Below, one piece after another: positions 36,859 to 45,733 of a stretch of 64,000 bases of DNA. Numbering within the stretch: the first letter of the stretch is position 1; the number at the start of each line of letters is the position of its first letter. A program made the position numbers and the translations under genes. The DNA is from a phage, in assembly GCA_033580375.1 (NCBI GenBank), contig GCA_033580375.1_4527.1; one strand, given 5' to 3'. The notes beneath the pieces were generated by a model. The model was not told where the DNA came from and did no database searches. It was given only the letters and a program-made list of their open reading frames with translations.

Positions 36859-37352
36859 AATAATGGTTCCCAATCAACAATCACAATTTCTAGTTTAGTG
36901 GAATATGTATCAAGAATTTCTTCGATAACGTCCCAGTTTCCACCACCGATACCTGCACCAATTCTTGGCATATAAATTACAGGCTTTGTTATCTTATTCT
37001 TTCCGAATTCATTTAATTCTATTATACAATTCATTAAAGCAGAGTACTCAAAATTAGGTCCCGGCTCAAACTGTGTATAAAGATTAAAGCAATAAGCTTT
37101 ATGGGTCTTAAAATATTTTTCATAAACTGAATAAGACCCGAGTTTAGACTCGTCTCCGAATTCGGTTTGAAGTTTATCAGCTTCCAGAATTTTTGGATAA
37201 GCCTTTGCTAATTGTCCTGCCACACCAGCGCCCATTGTATGAAAACAATTACACCCATGAGCAATATTGTTACCTTTAGAAAACAGGGCGACAATATCGC
37301 CCTTGATATAGTTTTTAATCACTTGCTGCAAGTCCTCTAGTATAAGAGTCAA
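36855..37352 (-). CDS. Macro-domain protein (ADP-ribose binding/processing), 165 aa
   Basis: NIAHGCNCFHTMGAGVAGQL and MPRIGAGIGGGNW match macro-domain signature blocks. Confidence 0.75.
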   Translation of the reverse strand: MTLILEDLQQVIKNYIKGDIVALFSKGNNIAHGCNCFHTMGAGVAGQLAKAYPKILEADKLQTEFGDESKLGSYSVYEKYFKTHKAYCFNLYTQFEPGPNFEYSALMNCIIELNEFGKNKITKPVIYMPRIGAGIGGGNWDVIEEILDTYSTKLEIVIVDWEPLL

Positions 37353-37662
37353 CTAGACGGTCCACCATAGAATTGCATGCTGCCTTATCTTTAGGTTCCG
37401 CCACCGAGCATTCTAATATTTGCCATTTTTTATGATATCGTTTAATTAAGGTAGACGCCTTGAACCTACTAGACGCCCCATCTTTTTCTCCGTCTTTATA
37501 TGCGTATAACAATTTTTGTGAAAAATCTACTTTACACTCTTGACTTTTACCACAATAATCAGACGCCGTTCTGTTTGTATACTCCGTTACATCAGTATAT
37601 GTAGTATTAGCAAGAGCGTTAAATGAAACCAAGCCAACTATTAAAGCCAACATTTTGGTCAT
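37315..37662 (-). CDS. Hypothetical secreted protein, 115 aa
   Basis: Signal-peptide-like N-terminus MTKMLALIVGLVSFNALA. Confidence 0.55.
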   Translation of the reverse strand: MTKMLALIVGLVSFNALANTTYTDVTEYTNRTASDYCGKSQECKVDFSQKLLYAYKDGEKDGASSRFKASTLIKRYHKKWQILECSVAEPKDKAACNSMVDRLVDSYTRGLAASD

Positions 37663-38201
37663 TCTTTTACTTCCAGTAGTTTATTTGATTTAAGGTAATT
37701 AGCCTTTTCTAGGACTTCAGAAGCATATTTACTTCCAGCACTTGTCTTCCATCCCGCATTATATGAGGATATAGCTTTTCTTATATCCCCGTTATGTATA
37801 TTTAACCAATAAGAAAATTCGATATAAGCCCATCTGGCTGAATTAGACCGCTTAGATAGCATTTTCTTAATTTGGGCATCAGTCATATTATAACCAAGCT
37901 GGTTAATTCTTGCCCTCATTGTTGGTAGATAGTTTTGGAACATTCCATACGCATGGTGACCTTTCTTATCTTTAAGATTAACACCGGCAGATGATTCCTG
38001 CCATAGTATTGCGGCCATTATGTATCCAAGTCCTTTCTTATGCATATTTTCATGCGTTTTAAATTTTCCGTCCTTAGAAAACTGTTCCCCAAACTGATAA
38101 GCATAATTCAAGTTATCGAGTTGGACATTACTAAAAGTATGCTCGGAGCTATGTGCTGATAACGAAAGAGCAAATAGACCAGCGAGTAGTGCTTTTCTCA
38201 T
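37659..38201 (-). CDS. Periplasmic lytic-transglycosylase-like protein (SLT domain), 180 aa
   Basis: Signal peptide plus AILWQESSAG resembling the SLT catalytic E-S motif. Confidence 0.55.
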   Translation of the reverse strand: MRKALLAGLFALSLSAHSSEHTFSNVQLDNLNYAYQFGEQFSKDGKFKTHENMHKKGLGYIMAAILWQESSAGVNLKDKKGHHAYGMFQNYLPTMRARINQLGYNMTDAQIKKMLSKRSNSARWAYIEFSYWLNIHNGDIRKAISSYNAGWKTSAGSKYASEVLEKANYLKSNKLLEVKE

Positions 38202-38209
38202 GTTTACCT

Positions 38210-38668
38210 CTAGATTTTAATAACTGCTTTAGAAGCTTTTCCTGGTAGTCGTTTACTGTTAATAATAGCCATTCTACATTGAAGAGTCTTCATTTTGAAT
38301 GCCGGATTTTCGCGACAAACTGTAAGGCCTAGCCAAAGATTTCCATCAGTTATTTCTAAACGGCCTGGGCGGTATTCGACACCTTCGACAAAATCTTCAT
38401 CAACATCTGGACGTGCCGGCATTGATAAAAATTCTGCAACTTCTTTAACGTGATTTTTTACTTTACGAAATAATTCAAAAACGTAATTCTCATCTATTTC
38501 TCTCTGGATGGCACGATCTAAGAGATGTTGAGAATACTTGATATGAAAGCCTGGTAGTCCAAGAGACTTTGCAGCATCTTTTATACCGGCATTTATTTTG
38601 CGGAACTCCGTTTCAAAGATTCGACGGAGTTTATTACGGCGGATAAAAACTTCCGAATTGATAGTCAT
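38210..38668 (-). CDS. regB: RegB site-specific endoribonuclease, 152 aa
   Basis: MTINSEVFIRRNKLRR... resembles T4 RegB as recalled; preceded by early promoter. Confidence 0.7.
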   Translation of the reverse strand: MTINSEVFIRRNKLRRIFETEFRKINAGIKDAAKSLGLPGFHIKYSQHLLDRAIQREIDENYVFELFRKVKNHVKEVAEFLSMPARPDVDEDFVEGVEYRPGRLEITDGNLWLGLTVCRENPAFKMKTLQCRMAIINSKRLPGKASKAVIKI

Positions 38669-38694
38669 TTTGATTTCTCCTCTAGTTGACAGGT

Positions 38695-38725
38695 CTATAG
38701 TAACACAACTAGAGGAGAAGTAAAC
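38695..38725 (-). promoter_or_regulatory. Early promoter (GTTTAC-17/18-TAnnnT)
   Basis: gacaggtctatagtaacac...gtaaac. Confidence 0.45.
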
Positions 38726-38729
38726 TACT

Positions 38730-38945
38730 TTATTGATAAAATGGAGTTAAAGCCCAAGATTCTTTAGATACCATATCGGCGAAATGCCTCATCTCTTCGA
38801 TTTGGCGACGACGCTGGTCAGCATAGTCTTCTTCGCCTTCTTCTTTACAATCTTCAAGGTCTTCTTCAAGATACTTTAAGTATTCACTACAAATTTTGTT
38901 GATCTTTTCCTGGAAGTCCAATAACCCAGTAATAGTAGAAGCCAT
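38730..38945 (-). CDS. Hypothetical acidic protein, 71 aa
   Basis: ORF. Confidence 0.5.
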   Translation of the reverse strand: MASTITGLLDFQEKINKICSEYLKYLEEDLEDCKEEGEEDYADQRRRQIEEMRHFADMVSKESWALTPFYQ

Positions 38946-39210
38946 TAGTATTTTTCCTCAGGTCGAAATACTGCGCGGCATGCCCACATGCTGGCTTCTT
39001 TTAGATGTTGCTTAGCATACTTAAGAGCCTGCACTGCATCCATATCTTCTTTGGTTTGTTGCTCTGTTTCATTTTCTTTCAAGATATATGCTTCTTCAAT
39101 CAGAGCATCAAACAACAATCCAAGACGGACTTCAGCATCTTTAATAGCGTTCACTTTACCAATTTTATCATCGGTATGCGGCTTGTAGCCTTTGATGTCT
39201 TCAATCGACA
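38945..39210 (-). CDS. Hypothetical protein, about 88 aa
   Basis: ATG 39208-39210 with GAGGAAA SD (ORF track start 39379 is an extension). Confidence 0.5.
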
Positions 39211-39425
39211 TAAGGAATTTCCTCATCGGTGGCAAGGTCATATTCGACCAATTGGATAGGCTCATTAATACCATATCCACGTACAGTGATATCAGTTGTC
39301 GGATAGTTTCCAGTAATATCACCCATTCTAAATGCTTCAATGAATGATTGCTCGCCTGAGCAACTAAACCAGGCGGCAAAACATTTTAAAACATCTTCAG
39401 ACCCTTCTATAATCAATTTAGCCAT
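39201..39425 (-). CDS. Hypothetical protein, 74 aa
   Basis: ORF. Confidence 0.5.
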   Translation of the reverse strand: MAKLIIEGSEDVLKCFAAWFSCSGEQSFIEAFRMGDITGNYPTTDITVRGYGINEPIQLVEYDLATDEEIPYVD

Positions 39426-39787
39426 TATAGACTCTCAGTAAAGGTACGAGCGATAACGTCGCGCTGCTGTTCTGGAGTCAGAGAGTTAAAGCGAACTGCA
39501 TAACCGGATACACGAATGGTCAGCTGAGGATATTTTTCCGGATGCTTAACTGCATCTTCCAGAGTTTCACGACGCAGAACGTTAACGTTCAGATGTTGAC
39601 CACCTTCAATTTTAACTTTAGGTTGATGTTCAATTTCAATTTCACGGGCATTCAAACCGTAGAAAATTTCAGGGTCTACAATAGCGTCTTCTTTAAAAGT
39701 CTTAGAGACAATAATCCGGGCTTGAGTACCGTCTTCAAAATAAATAGTGCCTTTATGTGCACCTTCAAGAATTTGATATGCTTTCAT
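39425..39787 (-). CDS. Autonomous glycyl radical cofactor (GrcA/YfiD-like), 120 aa
   Basis: C-terminus [61 protein letters not shown] is the PFL glycyl-radical module (RVSGYAV). Confidence 0.88.
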   Translation of the reverse strand: MKAYQILEGAHKGTIYFEDGTQARIIVSKTFKEDAIVDPEIFYGLNAREIEIEHQPKVKIEGGQHLNVNVLRRETLEDAVKHPEKYPQLTIRVSGYAVRFNSLTPEQQRDVIARTFTESL

Positions 39788-39793
39788 ATAACC

Positions 39794-40102
39794 TCAATTA
39801 GAAAATAAATTTATCCAAGTTTTTTCTTTAATCAAAAATGGGTCGGAATTAAACGCCATTAAACTTTGAGTGATTAATCCCTTAAATGGCCCATCAATAA
39901 ATTCCATTTTGAAATGCGGAATACTAGTCATCAACCGTGCATTAGGAGCAGTACAAAGAACCTGCTGACCTGCGAATGGACCTTTAGTCAAACGATATCG
40001 TTTAGGTTTAAAATGGTAGATCTCGTAATTTTCTACAAGAGCCCTTTTATTGCATACTGGGCTATTATAACAATATTCAAAAACTTCAATAGTGGTCATC
40101 AT
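39794..40102 (-). CDS. Hypothetical protein, about 102 aa
   Basis: Internal ATG chosen to avoid 67-nt overlap; start uncertain. Confidence 0.4.
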   Translation of the reverse strand: MMTTIEVFEYCYNSPVCNKRALVENYEIYHFKPKRYRLTKGPFAGQQVLCTAPNARLMTSIPHFKMEFIDGPFKGLITQSLMAFNSDPFLIKEKTWINLFSN

Positions 40103-40638
40103 TGCATTCCAATCACAAAAAATTGAGGACGAGCAATACCGCCGATGCAATATTTGCTTTTGCAACAGTGTTGGACTGTTTTAATATGTATGTTATAAAT
40201 CTTATCCATATCAGGAGCTTTAATAGGCTCGTCAATTATATACAGAATACGAGAAAGCGTTAATCCACGGAATTTAGAACCTTCGTTGCCAATAAAACTA
40301 CGGACAGAATCAGTAAATAAACGGAATCGAATATCGTCGCTAGAATAACGAGAAAATTCTTTTTTAATGTTGCCAGCAGAAATTTTAGAATAAGCTGAAG
40401 TATTAGAAAGAATAATAACTGTTCCACCATCATACAGCCAATTAACAGCAAAATTAGTTACTGCGGTCGATTTACCTGATTGTCTGCCGCCGTCTAAACG
40501 AAGTGTACAGTACTGCTTGAGTACGTCTTCAAATGGTGGGGCATAACCGTTCTTACAAATTTCTTCTACTCTAGCATCAGAATGGTGTGTAAAAGCATTC
40601 ATCAGGGATAGATAAGGTCCAGTTAAAAATGTTCTCAT
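40099..40638 (-). CDS. P-loop NTPase, about 179 aa (start uncertain; ORF track extends to 40752)
   Basis: Walker A GGRQSGKST; ATG at 40636-40638 preceded by AAGAGAAA; the N-terminal extension from 40752 is basic and lacks an SD. Confidence 0.55.
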   Translation of the reverse strand: MRTFLTGPYLSLMNAFTHHSDARVEEICKNGYAPPFEDVLKQYCTLRLDGGRQSGKSTAVTNFAVNWLYDGGTVIILSNTSAYSKISAGNIKKEFSRYSSDDIRFRLFTDSVRSFIGNEGSKFRGLTLSRILYIIDEPIKAPDMDKIYNIHIKTVQHCCKSKYCIGGIARPQFFVIGMQ

Positions 40639-40818
40639 ATTATTTCTCTTAAGGTTGGGGGCCATTCCATGGCGCATGAATTGTCCATTTCTGTATTTAC
40701 CCATTACCGCACTTGGGCTCGACCTTATTACAGGTTGGCGGGAATCCCTCATAGAATCATGAGGTCCAGGTTGTTCCCATTTTATTTGAATGTAAATATT
40801 TTTGCCACGTGTTTACGA

Positions 40819-40846
40819 ATTATACCAAAAAAAAAACACGTGGCAA
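40819..40846 (-). promoter_or_regulatory. Sigma70-like promoter TTGCCA-16-TGgTATAAT embedded in a 12-bp palindrome (TTGCCACGTGTT / AACACGTGGCAA)
   Basis: Minus strand ttgccacgtgttttttttttggtataattcgtaaacacgtggcaa; read directly. Confidence 0.4.
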
Positions 40847-40915
40847 TTCACAGTATTCGGCGATTAAATGTTGATCAGCAAATTTAGATACTAAAGTCAA
40901 ATTAATATAAGTCAT
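40820..40915 (-). pseudogene. denV 5-prime remnant: 31-codon [31 protein letters not shown]... truncated after codon 28
   Basis: 22 of 28 residues identical to the N-terminus of the intact DenV at 42225-42638; upstream leader also resembles the denV leader; follows ipII as denV does in T4. Confidence 0.5.
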
Positions 40916-40940
40916 TTACCCATCCAAGTAATTATGAATA

Positions 40941-40969
40941 TACTATCACAATTCTAGGAGAAAGTAAAC
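40941..40969 (-). promoter_or_regulatory. Early promoter remnant (GTTTAC + weak -10) upstream of the denV fragment
   Basis: GTTTACtttctcctagaattgtgatagtat, parallel to the promoter at 42666-42695. Confidence 0.35.
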
Positions 40970-40971
40970 TG

Positions 40972-41274
40972 TTATTTACCTTTAATTACTTTAGCTGCTT
41001 CGATAGCCGCTTGCTGAAGGTCATCCATAGACATACCGAATTTAGAAGCAAAGTTATCAATTTTCTTTTCGACAGCATTCAAAGGCTTGGCCTGTTTACC
41101 TTCATTAGCGCCAGGAAGAGCGAGAATACGCTCTTTGTCAATATAAAGGCTTACAAGTTTCTTACGGTCTTTATCGGACAAATCATGAAATGAATGGGCC
41201 TTTTTATTTATAGCGGCTTCTAATTTACCTGCACTCACTCGAGCTTCAGTAATAAATTCTTGATATGTTTTCAT
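40972..41274 (-). CDS. ipII: Internal protein with capsid-targeting sequence (IPII-like), 100 aa
   Basis: N-terminal MKTYQEFITEA (T4 internal-protein CTS, cleaved by the prohead protease); overall resembles T4 IPII as recalled. Confidence 0.7.
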   Translation of the reverse strand: MKTYQEFITEARVSAGKLEAAINKKAHSFHDLSDKDRKKLVSLYIDKERILALPGANEGKQAKPLNAVEKKIDNFASKFGMSMDDLQQAAIEAAKVIKGK

Positions 41275-41315
41275 ATGTTTCCTTTAAATGTAAATAGGCC
41301 TATACTTAGACCTTA

Positions 41316-41894
41316 TTAATTACCACGGGCTGCATTAGCAACGGCGTAAGCGTACTGAACATTAGCGTCTTTAAACGTACCTTTAGATGTATCTATTTCT
41401 GCCTTAAAGCCACCTTTAGCCATAACATCGGCAAATTCTTTACGGAAAGCCATTGCATCAAGACCTTTCCATGATGATTTATGCTTGGCAAATTCAAGAC
41501 CAGCGTAGTTGACAGCTTTAGCTAATTTATTATCAATAACCCATTTACCGGCTTTAGGCACAAACTTCGGGCCTTTTTGTTTAGAGAACAGTTTTAAATT
41601 CCAGCGACGAAGGTCACTGTCGGCTTTAACAAAAGCTGCGTCTAAGTTACTAGCAACAACATCTTCAATATGAGCAAATTTAAGTCCGTCAACTTCAATA
41701 TTTAGATCGTTACGCCAGCGTAGTCCTTCCCAAGCGAAGGCTTTAAAATCAGAAGCCTTTGTAGCTAAGTACCGTTCAATAGGAGCTGTTTTAGGGTCAA
41801 AGCCGTTTCCGCCACGATAAGTCCACTCGTCCTTATTAATGCCTTGAGCTTTTCCTGCAAAGGCCTCGGCGATAAATTCTTTATACGTTTTCAT
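41316..41894 (-). CDS. ipIII: Internal protein with CTS (IPIII-like), 192 aa
   Basis: N-terminal MKTYKEFIAEA; size and position like T4 IPIII. Confidence 0.65.
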   Translation of the reverse strand: MKTYKEFIAEAFAGKAQGINKDEWTYRGGNGFDPKTAPIERYLATKASDFKAFAWEGLRWRNDLNIEVDGLKFAHIEDVVASNLDAAFVKADSDLRRWNLKLFSKQKGPKFVPKAGKWVIDNKLAKAVNYAGLEFAKHKSSWKGLDAMAFRKEFADVMAKGGFKAEIDTSKGTFKDANVQYAYAVANAARGN

Positions 41895-41957
41895 TTTTGT
41901 TTCCTTGTTTGTTTTGATAGAGTAATTATACCATATTAATACTTAAGCGTAAACAAT

Positions 41958-42218
41958 TTAAGCTTTACCGCCAGAAATAATTCCGAAGTTGTTAAAATCG
42001 TATCCAATATCGTCAGCATCTACTTTAGGACTTGCTACAACATAAGCAATTTCACTACGTTTTGCATAGGTGTTGATTTCTTTACCATCGCCACCTAAGA
42101 AAGAATACCCATTACGTTTTAATGAGCCAAAGTCTTCCGCATCACCAATGAAAGCTTTAACTTTAAATTTGGGGTCTTTGGCATCCGCTTCAGTGATAAA
42201 TTCTTGATACATTTTCAT
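41958..42218 (-). CDS. CTS-bearing internal protein, 86 aa
   Basis: N-terminal MKMYQEFITEA. Confidence 0.6.
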   Translation of the reverse strand: MKMYQEFITEADAKDPKFKVKAFIGDAEDFGSLKRNGYSFLGGDGKEINTYAKRSEIAYVVASPKVDADDIGYDFNNFGIISGGKA

Positions 42219-42224
42219 TTTTCC

Positions 42225-42638
42225 TTAGTAAATTGATTTACCATAGTATTTGTACCAAGTGGGACGTTGAGCAATTTTTTCATCTAAGCGTGCTTGACTT
42301 ATCGCAATGGACGCTTCGGACGGGACATAATTATTACGAAATTCTACAGGAATGTCGGAAATATCCTGGACTGTCGTGTCCTTGATTTTGAAACCACGTT
42401 TCAAACATTCAGCTATTAGCTCGATTTGACGTAAACGTAAAAATTCGAGTTTGTCGTAAAAGAATGTTACGTGGCCCGTGCCTAAAATAAATGTTGGAGA
42501 GATTTTAAAATCTTTTACACGTTTACCATTTTGAACATGTTTACGGACTGCACCGAATACACGAGGTAATTCACGATACTCAGCCATAAGATGTTGGTCG
42601 GTCAGTTCAGAAACAAGTGTTAAATTGATACGGGTCAT
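42225..42638 (-). CDS. denV: Endonuclease V (pyrimidine-dimer DNA glycosylase) DenV, 137 aa
   Basis: [35 protein letters not shown]... matches T4 endo V as recalled; ORF track start 42650 adds 4 codons. Confidence 0.92.
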   Translation of the reverse strand: MTRINLTLVSELTDQHLMAEYRELPRVFGAVRKHVQNGKRVKDFKISPTFILGTGHVTFFYDKLEFLRLRQIELIAECLKRGFKIKDTTVQDISDIPVEFRNNYVPSEASIAISQARLDEKIAQRPTWYKYYGKSIY

Positions 42639-42665
42639 AATTTCCTCCAAGTAGTTGATAGATGT

Positions 42666-42695
42666 ATAGTATCAAAACCCTTGGAGGAAGTAAAC
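42666..42695 (-). promoter_or_regulatory. Early promoter (GTTTAC-18-TACTAT) for denV
   Basis: Read directly. Confidence 0.45.
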
Positions 42696-42696
42696 A

Positions 42697-42978
42697 CTAT
42701 TTTTCTGAAGCGCCTGAAATATATTTTTCAAGACGTTGTTTCATCAGCGAGCCGTTCTTAGCGATTTCTTCGGGTTTATCGCACATACGCAACAGTGCTT
42801 CAAGCTTAACGATATCACTGGTGCGCTCAAATTTGCGAGTATCTATCTTACTGGCAAGTTCAGAAATACGTGCTAATAGACTTTCAGCTTCGACCAAAGC
42901 TGCACCTAGCTTAGTTGCAAATGTGTCAGTAGCTTCATTAAGAATAGATTCTGATAAAAATTCATTATATGTTTTCAT
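42697..42978 (-). CDS. CTS-bearing internal protein, about 93 aa
   Basis: [11 protein letters not shown] at second ATG (42976-42978); ATGA-type overlap with lysozyme stop. Confidence 0.6.
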   Translation of the reverse strand: MKTYNEFLSESILNEATDTFATKLGAALVEAESLLARISELASKIDTRKFERTSDIVKLEALLRMCDKPEEIAKNGSLMKQRLEKYISGASEK

Positions 42979-43463
42979 ATATACGCTTTCCAAGTTCCTG
43001 TTTTAAATGTTGAGATTACGCGTTTCGCGCGATTAGGTGTCTGACGATACCATTTAGATTGGGCGAGATTTACTGCCGCTTCATCCCAACGTTTCTGTTG
43101 AAGCATACGAAGAGAATTAGTAAAACCAGCAACGCCTGCTACACCCATTTGGAAGACCATATTGACCAATGCACATCGACGAACTGCATCTAAAGAATCA
43201 TATACCGGTTTAAGTTTAGCATTACCCAAGATTCCGCGAACGGCTTTATCAACATCTTCATTAAATAGCTTTTCAGCCTCATCAAGGGTAATTGTACCGT
43301 TGCATTTACGACCGATCATTCTATCAAGTTCAGCTTTAGCTACGGCTAAAGACGGGTTCTTTGTTACCAAATGGCCTATGCCAATAGTCCAAAAGCCTTC
43401 GGTGTCTTTGTATAAAGACAGTCTAAGACCTTCGTCATTACGAAGCATTTCAAATATATTCAT
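42975..43463 (-). CDS. e: Lysozyme (endolysin, gene e), 162 aa
   Basis: [32 protein letters not shown]... matches T4 lysozyme as recalled; ORF track start 43475 adds 4 codons. Confidence 0.95.
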   Translation of the reverse strand: MNIFEMLRNDEGLRLSLYKDTEGFWTIGIGHLVTKNPSLAVAKAELDRMIGRKCNGTITLDEAEKLFNEDVDKAVRGILGNAKLKPVYDSLDAVRRCALVNMVFQMGVAGVAGFTNSLRMLQQKRWDEAAVNLAQSKWYRQTPNRAKRVISTFKTGTWKAYI

Positions 43464-43497
43464 AATACCTCCCACGTTTATAGGAGGTATTTATTAC

Positions 43498-43956
43498 TTA
43501 TAGGAGTGTAGTGAGCACCTTATATAATGATTTGCCCATCACATATTCCCATTGAGAAGGTTTAATTAAAGCGAATGCATCAAATTCAGGAATCTGTCGT
43601 CCGTCTGGGAATGTATGATAGGAATTACAAACACTGTTTCTGAATTGCTCGTGCTCTACAGGGATGGTATATAGGAACAGATGAATATTCTTATTGTCTG
43701 AGTAATGATGTTCGCCTAGGTCTTTCAGGAAGGCAGGGTCATATTGTGTAAACCCAGTTTCTTCTTCGCATTCACGAATAGCGGCTTCGATAGGAGATTC
43801 GCCGGGTTCGACACGGCCTTTAGGAATATCCCACCGATGAGCTAAAGAACCTTTAGGACGAGAACCAGTTACACGGCCCATGAATAACTCTTTATCTTCG
43901 GTAAGGAAAATAATACCGGCTGATAGCTCTTTCACTTTATTTTTCTTACTCATCAT
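43498..43956 (-). CDS. nudE: Nudix hydrolase NudE, 152 aa
   Basis: Nudix box GRVEPGESPIEAAIRECEEETGF. Confidence 0.85.
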   Translation of the reverse strand: MMSKKNKVKELSAGIIFLTEDKELFMGRVTGSRPKGSLAHRWDIPKGRVEPGESPIEAAIRECEEETGFTQYDPAFLKDLGEHHYSDNKNIHLFLYTIPVEHEQFRNSVCNSYHTFPDGRQIPEFDAFALIKPSQWEYVMGKSLYKVLTTLL

Positions 43957-44197
43957 CTCGGTCCCATGATTTAGCCATTAATTCGGACATAAATTCTTCA
44001 ATGCGCGTTTCTTTAGATGGACTTTCACTATTAGAGACCGCAAGTTTGTAATCTGCAATAGGACGGAACAAATCAAGGTCCATATTAAGATCGTCTTTGA
44101 TTTTTTCTTCTGACACATCTTTATCATATGTGTACAGATAACTATCACATGATTCTGATTTAATGTAAATTGCTATACTCATCTCAAATTCCTGCAT
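43946..44197 (-). CDS. Hypothetical acidic protein, 83 aa
   Basis: ORF. Confidence 0.5.
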   Translation of the reverse strand: MQEFEMSIAIYIKSESCDSYLYTYDKDVSEEKIKDDLNMDLDLFRPIADYKLAVSNSESPSKETRIEEFMSELMAKSWDRDDE

Positions 44198-44670
44198 TCG
44201 GTAATAAAACGTTCAACTTCATTATTCTTGGCTTTTATCTTGTCTTTACGTTCCTGTAAACTACTTTTAACAAGATTAATAATGATGCCTATAGTACCTC
44301 CACCAATAATACCACCAATAATACTTACGATAGTAGATGCTAATAATATAGCGATAATATCTGGTATGGCAAAGGCACTTACTTTAGTACTAAAAAACCA
44401 TACCGACGGTGCAAATATAATCCATCCTGTTATCCATTGGCACTTATTGAAAAACTTTTCAAGCTCAGCTTGAGTTGTTCGTATTACTTCATCGATAGGT
44501 TGATATCCATTAATGTATCTGTTCACGATAATACCTGCTGGCTGGTCGATTTTAAATTCTTGGCAAATACGTTTCACTAAGTAGGATGGACATCCTGTCC
44601 AATCTACTGAGTAGTACGAAATACCTTCATTACCGTCGTCTATATTAGACCAATATGTTTTGTTAATCAT
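44179..44670 (-). CDS. Hypothetical membrane protein, 163 aa
   Basis: Two hydrophobic segments, Gly-rich TM (IIGGIIGGGTIGIIINL). Confidence 0.55.
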   Translation of the reverse strand: MINKTYWSNIDDGNEGISYYSVDWTGCPSYLVKRICQEFKIDQPAGIIVNRYINGYQPIDEVIRTTQAELEKFFNKCQWITGWIIFAPSVWFFSTKVSAFAIPDIIAILLASTIVSIIGGIIGGGTIGIIINLVKSSLQERKDKIKAKNNEVERFITECRNLR

Positions 44671-45356
44671 TACCAGCCTTCCATAGGGAATTCCAGATAA
44701 ACTTGGGCATTGACACGAATTTCATTGGTAATCTTTTTAACTCGGTCTGTATTACGAGATACACGTCCGAACCAACGCCATCCATTACTAATTGCACGAG
44801 AACCAGTGTGCCATGTTTGCCAATCAAACTGAAGAAGAGTACGGTCTGGAGCTTCCCATTTCTCTAGTTCACCTTTTTCAATTTTTTCGAGGACTTCTTT
44901 GTGCCATTGTCGATAGATAAGTTCGCCATCAGGAATCTGACTGAACTCTGCAGTTCCTGTTGCAAAATGAGTAGGACACACGTCAGCGTTAACAAGGCCA
45001 AGAATATGTTCAGACAAATAGCGAGGATTGTCATAATCAGGTTGTCCTGCAGTAATAAAATGTTGACCAACTGGAATATCCGGGCGTGGTACATCGTCAT
45101 GGTGATAACCTGGGATAGCAGGGTACCAACCAGGCATCAGCATGTGGACTCGTGAATCAAATACCACATCCGAGCCTTTCCAATCGTCAGGGAGATTTTG
45201 GATAAAGCTACGAGTAATTGGGCCGCCATTATCAAAAGCAAAATTCAAATCGCAGTTAAAGAACATAGGCTCGTTTTTAATCTGGTCATTTTTAATCGCA
45301 TGAGCAAAACCACCTACTGCACGAGCTTGACTATTAAACACTTTAGAACTATTCAT
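44670..45356 (-). CDS. Hypothetical protein, 228 aa
   Basis: Intact ORF. Confidence 0.6.
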   Translation of the reverse strand: MNSSKVFNSQARAVGGFAHAIKNDQIKNEPMFFNCDLNFAFDNGGPITRSFIQNLPDDWKGSDVVFDSRVHMLMPGWYPAIPGYHHDDVPRPDIPVGQHFITAGQPDYDNPRYLSEHILGLVNADVCPTHFATGTAEFSQIPDGELIYRQWHKEVLEKIEKGELEKWEAPDRTLLQFDWQTWHTGSRAISNGWRWFGRVSRNTDRVKKITNEIRVNAQVYLEFPMEGW

Positions 45357-45357
45357 A

Positions 45358-45663
45358 TTATTTTCCTCGACATTCTTTAATGAAATTTTCTAGATTGGTA
45401 GATTCAATAGCTTTTTTACGAGCTTCTGCATGTTCTTCTTCAGACAATTTACATTTATAATTAACCCAGACGTTATGGTCAAAACTAGTCGTGGCGTATA
45501 ATAACAAAGCCCCGACAAATAATAAAAATGGTGATAAGAATACAAAACCAGGAACACCATCCATATCGTAAGCCTTTTGTAATACTGCAACAGAAAGAGC
45601 TGCATAAAAAGGTGATGCAAATATTGTTAAAAGACCAATTCGGTTGGTTTCTGTTAATTTCAT
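45358..45663 (-). CDS. Hypothetical membrane protein, 101 aa
   Basis: Two TM segments. Confidence 0.55.
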   Translation of the reverse strand: MKLTETNRIGLLTIFASPFYAALSVAVLQKAYDMDGVPGFVFLSPFLLFVGALLLYATTSFDHNVWVNYKCKLSEEEHAEARKKAIESTNLENFIKECRGK

Positions 45664-45691
45664 AATATTCTCCTCATGTTTTAATAGGACT

Positions 45692-45721
45692 ACTATAACA
45701 TAGTCCTATAATTGTGTAAAC
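45692..45721 (-). promoter_or_regulatory. Early promoter in stem-loop (TAGGACTA/TAGTCCTA family)
   Basis: Repeat family member. Confidence 0.55.
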
Positions 45722-45733
45722 AGTTTTGCGAAA

